Shown here in pieces: positions 44,378 through 52,059 of a stretch of DNA of 64,000 bases. Every line of letters begins with the position of its first letter. Position 1 is the first letter of the stretch. The position numbers were made by a program, and so were the translations under genes. The notes beneath the pieces are model-generated. The model searched no databases. It worked only from the letters and a program-made list of their open reading frames with translations, and was not told the DNA's origin. The stretch lies in IMG/VR virus record IMGVR_UViG_3300034082_001974. One strand, 5' to 3'. This DNA is from a virus. Its lineage: Duplodnaviria > Heunggongvirae > Uroviricota > Caudoviricetes.

Positions 44378-44403
44378 CCTGTGACAGTTTTTAAATTGGC
44401 TCA
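44378..44403 (-). promoter_or_regulatory. conserved intergenic element
   Basis: copy 21 (followed by terminator). Confidence 0.55.
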
Positions 44404-44565
44404 ACCACCCCGTTCCTGAAGAGACCTTACCATCAATTTGGAAAATTTTTCCATTTGTTCAAAATGGACTGTTGCTGGATTATCGTTGATTGCTAGTTTA
44501 AGTGCGATTAGTTCTTCCCATTCTTCAGTACTTAATGGTTTAACATTAAATGTAGTAAATGTCAT
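44401..44565 (-). CDS. hypothetical small protein (~54 aa)
   Basis: manual ORF; stop inside element 44378-44403. Confidence 0.4.
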   Translation of the reverse strand: MTFTTFNVKPLSTEEWEELIALKLAINDNPATVHFEQMEKFSKLMVRSLQERGG

Positions 44566-44646
44566 TTTATCTTATAAATTTGCACATTGTAACAGTATTT
44601 ATACAATTATGTTGGTTTGCTAACAATTTATTGTAAAACTCAATAA

Positions 44647-44871
44647 TTACATCTCACCAAAGAACGGACCAAAAGATCCGCTGCTGCCAAATTTACGACT
44701 ATCTAATTTTTCTAGAAGGATTTGAGTTTTTTCAATGCTATCAACAGCATAAATTAGATCAGCAATTGATTTGATTACCAACGGACTCTCATTTCTTGAG
44801 GCAAAAGAAAGTGCATTTTTTAGATGACTTTGTGCTTCTAATAGTTCTTCTTTGACTTTTTCGGAAAGCAT
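44647..44871 (-). CDS. hypothetical protein
   Basis: track ORF. Confidence 0.5.
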   Translation of the reverse strand: MLSEKVKEELLEAQSHLKNALSFASRNESPLVIKSIADLIYAVDSIEKTQILLEKLDSRKFGSSGSFGPFFGEM

Positions 44872-44892
44872 TTTAATCTCCAGTTAATAGTA

Positions 44893-45093
44893 TTAATTTA
44901 GTTTAGTTTGTGGATTAAGTAAAGTACGGCAATCCTCCTCTGGAAGCATACACATAGCGCAGGATGCAATTTGATAGACATCTTCTTTTGAAAGTCCGTC
45001 CAGTGTCATACAGGGTCCGTCTCCAAAGGCAATAGAAAAACTATAACCATCATCAGGGTGGCAGGAACCACAAGTTTGGATTTGTTTTTTCAT
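44893..45093 (-). CDS. hypothetical Cys-rich protein
   Basis: track ORF. Confidence 0.45.
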   Translation of the reverse strand: MKKQIQTCGSCHPDDGYSFSIAFGDGPCMTLDGLSKEDVYQIASCAMCMLPEEDCRTLLNPQTKLN

Positions 45094-45611
45094 TAAAACT
45101 CATTCATTCCAAGAGGTCCAGTTACTTTTTTAAGAAGAAAACTACCATCACCTCGATCTATCCATACTACCTCATCACCGGTTTTAAGATTTGCTTCCTC
45201 TAACAGGTCGTCAGGAAATTGAATATAATAGTCATCCACACCATTTTCAATTTTTCGCTCAATAGGAAGACGCCACTTGACTACCTTATCTGGTTTAGGT
45301 TCTTCTGGAGATAGTTTAGAAAGATATTCCATATCACTATGTCCCCAGGGTGGCATACAATCATCAATTTCTTGTTGCTTGACTTTACTTACAGTTTCTT
45401 TCCAGGCATCTTTAAACTTTGTATCAAATTCTTGAAGATAATACTGAAGATACTCATCTACAGCATACATAAGAGTTTCTGTTTTCTTTAAATTATGATT
45501 CTCAAGAGCATCTATTGCACTATCCAGAATCTCACGGGCACTACAGATTTTTGATGATACAGACTCAAGTTCGTTGAGTGAGTTCCACACCTTTTGATAA
45601 TCAAGAGTCAT
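45093..45611 (-). CDS. hypothetical protein with possible C-terminal AbrB/MazE-like swapped-hairpin segment
   Basis: C-terminus TGDEVVWIDRGDGSFLLKKV. Confidence 0.5.
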   Translation of the reverse strand: MTLDYQKVWNSLNELESVSSKICSAREILDSAIDALENHNLKKTETLMYAVDEYLQYYLQEFDTKFKDAWKETVSKVKQQEIDDCMPPWGHSDMEYLSKLSPEEPKPDKVVKWRLPIERKIENGVDDYYIQFPDDLLEEANLKTGDEVVWIDRGDGSFLLKKVTGPLGMNEF

Positions 45612-45774
45612 TTTGATTTAGTCTGTTTTGGATTGCTTGTTGAATTATAACCTGGATTTCAGAAGAAGTAAAGTGATTCATAAATGCCCAAGTAGGGTCA
45701 TTTTTATCCCAATCCATCGTATAAGACCCATCAGTATTTTGAGTAATTTTAAGAGAATCTATTTCTTGAGTCAT
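45601..45774 (-). CDS. hypothetical small protein (~57 aa)
   Basis: manual ORF; ATGA overlap. Confidence 0.35.
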   Translation of the reverse strand: MTQEIDSLKITQNTDGSYTMDWDKNDPTWAFMNHFTSSEIQVIIQQAIQNRLNQNDS

Positions 45775-46019
45775 TGATAACTTTCCATTACAATATCAAT
45801 ACGAGCATCTACTGCATTAATAGAATGTATGGTCTCACATAAAACATTTGTAGTCTCAATGTTCGCCTCCTCAAGGCATTTAATGTCCTCAAGAGCACCA
45901 TTATACTTTTCTTCAAGAACATTCATTCTTTCTTCAAGTTCTTGAATGATTTGATATAAACTAGGCGATGCATTTTCATTACCATAACGAGAAATCATAT
46001 AATCATAAAAATTTTTCAT
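45771..46019 (-). CDS. hypothetical coiled-coil protein (start trimmed to MKNFYDY...)
   Basis: track ORF 45771..46133 overlaps 46016..46330; ATGA junction at 46019. Confidence 0.45.
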   Translation of the reverse strand: MKNFYDYMISRYGNENASPSLYQIIQELEERMNVLEEKYNGALEDIKCLEEANIETTNVLCETIHSINAVDARIDIVMESYQ

Positions 46020-46330
46020 TTTGGTTTTTTGATTTGCTGAAAGGGAACATTGAGAGTATCTGCATAAGTAACCGGGCATTCTGACGTTGAACCGTAAGTA
46101 ATAACCCATTTGTTCAGAAGTATTATAGCACATTCCTTGCGATATGCAAATGCTTGCTTGCGTTGGTCAAAGTACTCTTGTGATTTGAAAGGAAGGGTCT
46201 CTGCATCCTCAAGAAGTGAATACTCAATAGTGTTCACAAAGTTTAAGTAAGTTTCTTTAAGTTCTTCTGTTGGGTTTTTTACCAGACATTCAATAAGTTC
46301 TTCAATGTTCATTTTTTGGTTTTGTATCAA
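46016..46330 (-). CDS. hypothetical protein
   Basis: track ORF. Confidence 0.5.
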   Translation of the reverse strand: MIQNQKMNIEELIECLVKNPTEELKETYLNFVNTIEYSLLEDAETLPFKSQEYFDQRKQAFAYRKECAIILLNKWVITYGSTSECPVTYADTLNVPFQQIKKPK

Positions 46331-46544
46331 ATACTTTATAAGAATCTTTCACTAATTTATATCGTTTGAGATATGAGTCGCAATGTTCCTTACAAACAAA
46401 AAAGCATCTTTTAAAATCCTTACCTTCCATAAACTCCAAAGTTACAGGAAAGCTTTCGTGAAAAGTTTCGGATAGGACTAATACACTTGCAGGAGATTTT
46501 AGAGTTGGATTTTTTTGAATTTTTGTTGGTTGTTTTCGTTTCAA
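46302..46544 (-). CDS. hypothetical Cys-containing protein
   Basis: track ORF (apparent TTG start). Confidence 0.45.
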   Translation of the reverse strand: MKRKQPTKIQKNPTLKSPASVLVLSETFHESFPVTLEFMEGKDFKRCFFVCKEHCDSYLKRYKLVKDSYKVFDTKPKNEH

Positions 46545-46714
46545 TCAGTTTCCTCATAAAGTTGTTGAGATTTTTCGTAACCCATTCGATAAGCAGTTTT
46601 TAACCATTCCATCATAGAATCTCGATTTTGTGTCTCATAGTCAGTCCAAAATCTTTCAGCACGGATGTGAAAACCTTCTTGTTCATAAAACCAATTTTCA
46701 AATTCATCTTTCAT
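46541..46714 (-). CDS. hypothetical small protein (~57 aa)
   Basis: manual ORF filling gap; ATGA overlap. Confidence 0.4.
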   Translation of the reverse strand: MKDEFENWFYEQEGFHIRAERFWTDYETQNRDSMMEWLKTAYRMGYEKSQQLYEETD

Positions 46715-46935
46715 TGTTCAGTAAAAAGTTTCTTATAGTATTCATTGTACCTCATGTAAGAGGTAATGGAAGGTTTAAATCCTAAAGAGTTACAACACTC
46801 AATGTAAAGGTTAAAGTTGTACCAGGGAGTTGAATTGCACAATGCAGGGTAGTTTTTATTAGTGTACCCCATATTTTTTCGTAAGTCAATCATAAATTCT
46901 AACTTTTTTTTAGATAAAGTAAAAATTCTGTTCAA
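46711..46935 (-). CDS. hypothetical protein
   Basis: track ORF. Confidence 0.5.
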   Translation of the reverse strand: MNRIFTLSKKKLEFMIDLRKNMGYTNKNYPALCNSTPWYNFNLYIECCNSLGFKPSITSYMRYNEYYKKLFTEQ

Positions 46936-47183
46936 TTAACCTTTGATAATTTGTCATTTAATTCTTTTTCAAGATCTTTTGCTATCCTGTCATATTTGAG
47001 ATTCTGTGTCCAAGTGGTAATAAAGTTATTAGGATGAAATCTTACCATCCATAAAAATCTTACCATATTTATTTTCATCATTTTGACGACCAATAGAAAA
47101 TAATCGACAACATTCTGGTCTGTAATCATTACATACAAAACAATTCCCAATACAAGAAGCAATCCGTAATTAAGTGAAAGCAT
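46932..47183 (-). CDS. hypothetical membrane protein
   Basis: track ORF; N-terminal TM helix; internal ATGGTAAGATTT duplication. Confidence 0.35.
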   Translation of the reverse strand: MLSLNYGLLLVLGIVLYVMITDQNVVDYFLLVVKMMKINMVRFLWMVRFHPNNFITTWTQNLKYDRIAKDLEKELNDKLSKVN

Positions 47184-47256
47184 ATATCTGTTTATGATGT
47201 GAAAATATTTATTAATCTAAATGTAAATCACCGACTACTTTATTCAAATGGTGAAG

Positions 47257-47460
47257 TCATTTGTCAATCCTCCAGTGCTCATTACCTTCCCGTTGTATCC
47301 AAAAAAAATATTTCCTATTTATTGAAGCAAGAAAAATCATATTACCATTTTCCTGCTCCACTTCGCAAGCGTGAAAAGATTGCATAATGTTTGAGAACCT
47401 GTTCTTTGCTTTGGAACTCAAAGGAGTCACATTTACAAATTTTTTCTTGGTCACAATCAT
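47257..47460 (-). CDS. hypothetical protein
   Basis: track ORF; variant element 47517-47542 plus CTTGTATAATATACTC box. Confidence 0.5.
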   Translation of the reverse strand: MIVTKKKFVNVTPLSSKAKNRFSNIMQSFHACEVEQENGNMIFLASINRKYFFWIQREGNEHWRIDK

Positions 47461-47484
47461 TTGGTTGGTTGCTTTATGAGTATA

Positions 47485-47688
47485 TTATACAAGATTTTTG
47501 GGTTCTTTGGTGAACCTTGTGACACCTGTAGGATTGTCCTCACGGTGCTTCTTGATAAAAATGTTTGCCTGGCGAACCGTGCTCACATCTTCCAGTTGCT
47601 CACCATTGTAAATAATGACAAATCTCTTTCCCCAAGGGACTGTTGCATACCCATCCTCAAGAATAAATCCTCCCGTCTTACTTGCCAT
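47485..47688 (-). CDS. hypothetical protein
   Basis: track ORF. Confidence 0.45.
   Translation of the reverse strand: MASKTGGFILEDGYATVPWGKRFVIIYNGEQLEDVSTVRQANIFIKKHREDNPTGVTRFTKEPKNLV
47517..47542 (-). promoter_or_regulatory. conserved intergenic element (variant)
   Basis: copy 22. Confidence 0.45.
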
Positions 47689-48256
47689 AATAATCTAAGT
47701 CCTCGGTGTAACGCTTCAATATAGTAATACATAATTCGTTGTAGAACTCCATATTCTCACTCAGTTGTTCGGGTGAACTGTCAAAATCATTCGTGAGTAA
47801 TTCAATAGTTCGTTGAGAAGGAATATCTGCAAACAGAAGAGTTAAACCTGCAACAATATAAGAAGCAGTATGATGCCCCGGAGAAATATTAGGCATCCCA
47901 ATGATCTCATCAAATGGTTTGGGTTCAATTTCCTCATATTGAGGCATGTTCTCACTATACCAGGAAATTGCCCCCATACCACACATATAGACACAACCTT
48001 TGAGAAGATAGTCCTGTGCTTCCGCAGTCATTGTAGAAAGGTATTCTCTCTTTGGAACTTCACCTTTCTTGAGTGCTTCAGTAACTTCATCAGGAGTATC
48101 ATCAAACTCGTGATCCTCATGAAGAATATTTGAAAGGTCATGTCGTTTAATTAAGCACTCAAAAAATTGGAGTGAAAATTCAGTGGTCTCTTCAGTTTCT
48201 TTCTTAACTTCAGCAATACGAGACTGAAGTGCCTTGATGTCAAATTTTTCTTCCAT
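47678..48256 (-). CDS. hypothetical protein
   Basis: track ORF 192 aa. Confidence 0.55.
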   Translation of the reverse strand: MEEKFDIKALQSRIAEVKKETEETTEFSLQFFECLIKRHDLSNILHEDHEFDDTPDEVTEALKKGEVPKREYLSTMTAEAQDYLLKGCVYMCGMGAISWYSENMPQYEEIEPKPFDEIIGMPNISPGHHTASYIVAGLTLLFADIPSQRTIELLTNDFDSSPEQLSENMEFYNELCITILKRYTEDLDYYGK

Positions 48257-48825
48257 TATTCAGTGAGAAATTGTTTTTCGTAGTTTAAAAGTTCTTGTGG
48301 TGTTTCTATGTAGTTACTGACAGAATCTGTTGGTTTATGATACCAGTTTCTACCGTAGTTTCGCTTCATCAGTTGAATATCTAAATGTTGATACTTTTTA
48401 TCAGTAGGAACATAAATCTTGAAGTCACCTTTTTGATTTGATGTCAGTAATGAGAGTTGGCGATTCTCTTCTGAGGTGATATCAACAGTTGTACATGCAA
48501 TGTAAAAGAGTTTCTTAAATTGATCATATTCATTCAAGTAAATCTCTGAGTGATCCATAATCATTCTTCCCATAAATTGAGGAGAATAGCAATGATCTTT
48601 ACAGAGTGGCCATTTGGAATCCTCTTGTTTTTTCTGAAGAGCAGTGAGTGTAATGTACCCTGAAGGAATGGAGAGAGCGTGTACTAGATCGTAATAAGGT
48701 CTTGTAACTCCTCGTAGTACGTCTTTGTCGTTTAGTTTTGACCTCCATAGATCTAGATTTGATGTGAGTGCATTGAACGCAATGAGACAGTAAGTATCAA
48801 TACGATATTGAGTTGTAGGTTTCAT
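48256..48825 (-). CDS. hypothetical protein
   Basis: track ORF 189 aa. Confidence 0.55.
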   Translation of the reverse strand: MKPTTQYRIDTYCLIAFNALTSNLDLWRSKLNDKDVLRGVTRPYYDLVHALSIPSGYITLTALQKKQEDSKWPLCKDHCYSPQFMGRMIMDHSEIYLNEYDQFKKLFYIACTTVDITSEENRQLSLLTSNQKGDFKIYVPTDKKYQHLDIQLMKRNYGRNWYHKPTDSVSNYIETPQELLNYEKQFLTE

Positions 48826-48828
48826 GAA

Positions 48829-50064
48829 TTACTTTTTGATTACGTCAGCAACGAAGTTACCCTTTACAAATACCTCGTCAACCACATTCTGCACACGGCG
48901 AGCAGTTGCAATGCCAACTTTGTTATTGTACACGGGAATGACCACTTTGCCAAATGGTTTGATGTAGTTAGAGAAATCACCTGGTTCCAGTTCACCAGAC
49001 TTCATACGGGCAGTATCATCAGGATTCACCCGAATGCAACGACCAATGCTCTGAACAGTAGAGATAAAGTTTTGTTGACGAAGAAAGATACAAGACTGAA
49101 TACCAGGAACACTGATACCCTCGGTGAGAATACCAATATGTAGAACAACAAACTTACGATTGGAGTCAGCACCATACTCACTCAACGTATCCAGAAACTC
49201 AGTACGTGAAACCTTACGCTTACCCACATATGCTCCCAACTTGGAGGTAATATGCAGAACTTCATAACCATTGTCGTGCATTTCCTCCATAAAGGAAGTT
49301 TCAGAGAGCATCTTTATCATTACTTTGGTGTTCGGTGCCACCACCAGAACCTTGTTCATATCATCATCATTAAAAATAGTATCACATAGAGTGTAGAAGT
49401 CACGTTCGTGTGCAGTTTCTTTGTCACGGAATGAACCAACTTCCGTCACCGCAACCACAGGAGGAAGAATACTACCATTGAGAAGCAGTTCAGGTGCCTT
49501 GACATTATGAATCTTGGAACCAAATACCTCAGCATTATTGTTACCGGGTTTTGATGCAACTTGACTGAACTTAGGAGTTGCAGTGAGAGAATAGAAGTTC
49601 TTTGCAGTCTTACTGATTGCCTCTACAGCATCAAAGAACTTACCATTTACGGCATTATGACATTCATCCAAGTAAACAACATCAATGTCCAGTTCTGCTT
49701 TTACAATTTTATCCAGAGAATGATAAGTGGTAAAGATGAGTTTGTGACCTTCTGTCTTCTCATGCCAGTAAGCAAGTTCTAGAAAGTCAGTGATACGAGT
49801 GTGCTTGGTTTCACCACTATGAATGTGGGCGATAGAAGCATTATCAATAAACTTCTCAAACTCTTCGCTGAGTTGCTGGCAAAGAACTAGTTTCGGAGCA
49901 ACCACTAGAATGGTCTGGTTACTTTCACCTTCGGTGAAACGATGCTTCGCATCGGCAATAATCATAATAGTTTTACCCGCACTAGTAGGAGCGACTGTAA
50001 GCATCCTAGAGTGCTGTCGCATCAGTCCAAAGACTTCTTGCTGGTGAGGACGCAAATCAAACAT
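48829..50064 (-). CDS. SF2 DExH-box helicase (UvsW-like), start trimmed to MFDLRPHQQ
   Basis: LRPHQQ, APTSAGKT (motif I), DECH (motif II), TATP (motif III); track ORF's 41-aa N-terminal extension covers element 50122-50148 and TGCTATAATGA box. Confidence 0.7.
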   Translation of the reverse strand: MFDLRPHQQEVFGLMRQHSRMLTVAPTSAGKTIMIIADAKHRFTEGESNQTILVVAPKLVLCQQLSEEFEKFIDNASIAHIHSGETKHTRITDFLELAYWHEKTEGHKLIFTTYHSLDKIVKAELDIDVVYLDECHNAVNGKFFDAVEAISKTAKNFYSLTATPKFSQVASKPGNNNAEVFGSKIHNVKAPELLLNGSILPPVVAVTEVGSFRDKETAHERDFYTLCDTIFNDDDMNKVLVVAPNTKVMIKMLSETSFMEEMHDNGYEVLHITSKLGAYVGKRKVSRTEFLDTLSEYGADSNRKFVVLHIGILTEGISVPGIQSCIFLRQQNFISTVQSIGRCIRVNPDDTARMKSGELEPGDFSNYIKPFGKVVIPVYNNKVGIATARRVQNVVDEVFVKGNFVADVIKK

Positions 50065-50121
50065 GGGTAGTTTCCTTGTGTACGAGATCATTATAGCAGT
50101 AAAAAAGTCCACTAGGAGGTT

Positions 50122-50148
50122 CCCAGTGGACGGTTTCTTAAGTGGTTC
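50122..50148 (-). promoter_or_regulatory. conserved intergenic element
   Basis: copy 23. Confidence 0.55.
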
Positions 50149-50205
50149 AGAGGCTTTAGAGATACAATTGTTTCTCAAAAGGAACAAACCTATTCTACAC
50201 AGTTT

Positions 50206-50631
50206 TTATAGGGTTGTCAAGTAATTTAAATATTCTTGATAAAGTTCATTTTCTCTTTTATATGCTGCTATTTCATGTGATTGTTGATAATACTCCAAAT
50301 CTTCCATACACTCACCCATATAATACCTTTTGGAGGACTTGAGTTTCAGTTCCCCCTTTACCCACTGTAGAATATGTTCACACTCATGTAAAAGTGTTTT
50401 CACATAGGTTTCCTTATCCAAGTGTGTATCCAGTTCTATTAGGAAACTTCTTGGACGATATGATCCTTCAGCAATATCACAATATCCATAAGCACCGTCT
50501 TTTTTCAAACTTCGGTGAAGAACTTCAATATCCAGTTTGTGTCGAGGAAGATACTCAGACACAAACCAACACACTACTTTTTTGCAAAGACGCTTGGAAT
50601 AACCGTATCCAGTGGTTTGTAGAAAAATCAT
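50206..50631 (-). CDS. small HExxH zinc-metallopeptidase-like protein
   Basis: LLHECEHILQW HExxH motif; 141 aa. Confidence 0.45.
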   Translation of the reverse strand: MIFLQTTGYGYSKRLCKKVVCWFVSEYLPRHKLDIEVLHRSLKKDGAYGYCDIAEGSYRPRSFLIELDTHLDKETYVKTLLHECEHILQWVKGELKLKSSKRYYMGECMEDLEYYQQSHEIAAYKRENELYQEYLNYLTTL

Positions 50632-50733
50632 TTAGAAAGAATTGAGAATGGTGTAGGTAACACGAGTTCCCCAGTTCATAAGAATCATAAAGGATCCTAC
50701 GAAAAGCAGTCTCTCAAGGGTTGAAAAGGTCAT
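50632..50733 (-). CDS. hypothetical 33-aa hydrophobic peptide
   Basis: manual ORF; TAAATG junction; element 50789-50815 and TTTATAGTA box upstream. Confidence 0.3.
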   Translation of the reverse strand: MTFSTLERLLFVGSFMILMNWGTRVTYTILNSF

Positions 50734-50788
50734 CAGGTCTCTTGGGTTGCTCACATACTATAAAGCACCTTGCAGGTGATCCTGAAGG

Positions 50789-50815
50789 TGCTTGTGACGG
50801 TTTGTGGAGTGGTTC
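50789..50815 (-). promoter_or_regulatory. conserved intergenic element
   Basis: copy 24. Confidence 0.55.
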
Positions 50816-52059
50816 TAGATCTCTACAGGTCCTGGGTATCTTGGTCCATCTTTAAGAGCAACTAGGTGAGTATTGACTACAGCAATCTTGGTTCCCTCCC
50901 ACCAACTAGTTTCTAGTCTCATAGATGAAAACCTTATATCAGTATTACGAATGAACACTGCTTTGTTTTTATTTGTATAATATGGGAAACTATCTTCATT
51001 CCAAAAAGATATATGAGTTGGATCACACCAAGCACCATTACCTTCTGTAGATGGGACTTCAATAAATGCCCACCCTCCAGGTGCTAGAACACGATGTATC
51101 TCCCTCATAGTTTTAATAGGATCTCTTAAGTGCTCAATCACATGAGAAGCATTGAGTACTCCAACACTATTATCTTCTAAAGGAATACCATCGTTTAAAT
51201 TGCAAGTAATATCTCCATCTTCTTGATCTATAGTGGTATATCCTTCTTTAGGGAATAAACCGCCACCCATATCAATTTTTAATAGTCCTTTATCATCAGC
51301 ATCCTTTTCCGCAAGTCGTTGTGCATACTGATTATGGAGTTCTTTAGTTTTAATTTGAATTGCTTCATTTCTTTCTAGGAAACTATTATCTCCAGTAATT
51401 CTGTAAATATAAAGAACTTTAGGAATATGATAAAAATTAGTTTCAAGATAAGTTTTTATCATCAATTCATGGTCATCACATATAGAAAGTTCTACATTAT
51501 GCCCACCAATTTGATGATAAACATCCCTTTTCCATGCTCTTACATGATCTGGAGCATACCAAATATAAGAAAGTGAGTGACTAGATGGTTCAAAAGAATT
51601 CATCGCAATCAGTTTCTTACCATTCCAGTCATAATTCGTATAAGTCCAACCAAATACGGGACCATAGGGAACAAACTTATCTTCCATATGATAAGTTGCA
51701 TTATTACTATAAACAAAACCACACTCTGGATTATTTTCAAATGCTATTTCAAGTTCGTTTAAGCAATCTGGAGTAAGAATGTCGTCATGGTCAACTTCAA
51801 CAAGAACATCTCCAGTTCCTAATGAGAATGCTTTATTTTTTACATATCCGATGTTAGTATTGTTTTCTTTGTCTTCGAAGATTTTTACTTTGCTATCTTT
51901 TGTGATTTTTTGCGAAAGTTGATTTTTAGTTAAAGATCCATTTAAATAAAGAATCCATTCCCAGTCATCGTGAGTTTGTTTTGTGATGCTCTCATAGAGT
52001 TCATCAAGATAAGAATGTTGTTTATGTGAAGGCGTAATAATACTAAATTTCATTTTCAA
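50815..52059 (-). CDS. bifunctional GT2-family glycosyltransferase / class I SAM-dependent methyltransferase
   Basis: N-terminal FSIITPS...DDWEWIL...VDHDD (GT-A fold); C-terminal GGGLFP...VIEHL...LAPGGWAF (Methyltransf_11-like). Confidence 0.6.
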   Translation of the reverse strand: MKMKFSIITPSHKQHSYLDELYESITKQTHDDWEWILYLNGSLTKNQLSQKITKDSKVKIFEDKENNTNIGYVKNKAFSLGTGDVLVEVDHDDILTPDCLNELEIAFENNPECGFVYSNNATYHMEDKFVPYGPVFGWTYTNYDWNGKKLIAMNSFEPSSHSLSYIWYAPDHVRAWKRDVYHQIGGHNVELSICDDHELMIKTYLETNFYHIPKVLYIYRITGDNSFLERNEAIQIKTKELHNQYAQRLAEKDADDKGLLKIDMGGGLFPKEGYTTIDQEDGDITCNLNDGIPLEDNSVGVLNASHVIEHLRDPIKTMREIHRVLAPGGWAFIEVPSTEGNGAWCDPTHISFWNEDSFPYYTNKNKAVFIRNTDIRFSSMRLETSWWEGTKIAVVNTHLVALKDGPRYPGPVEI

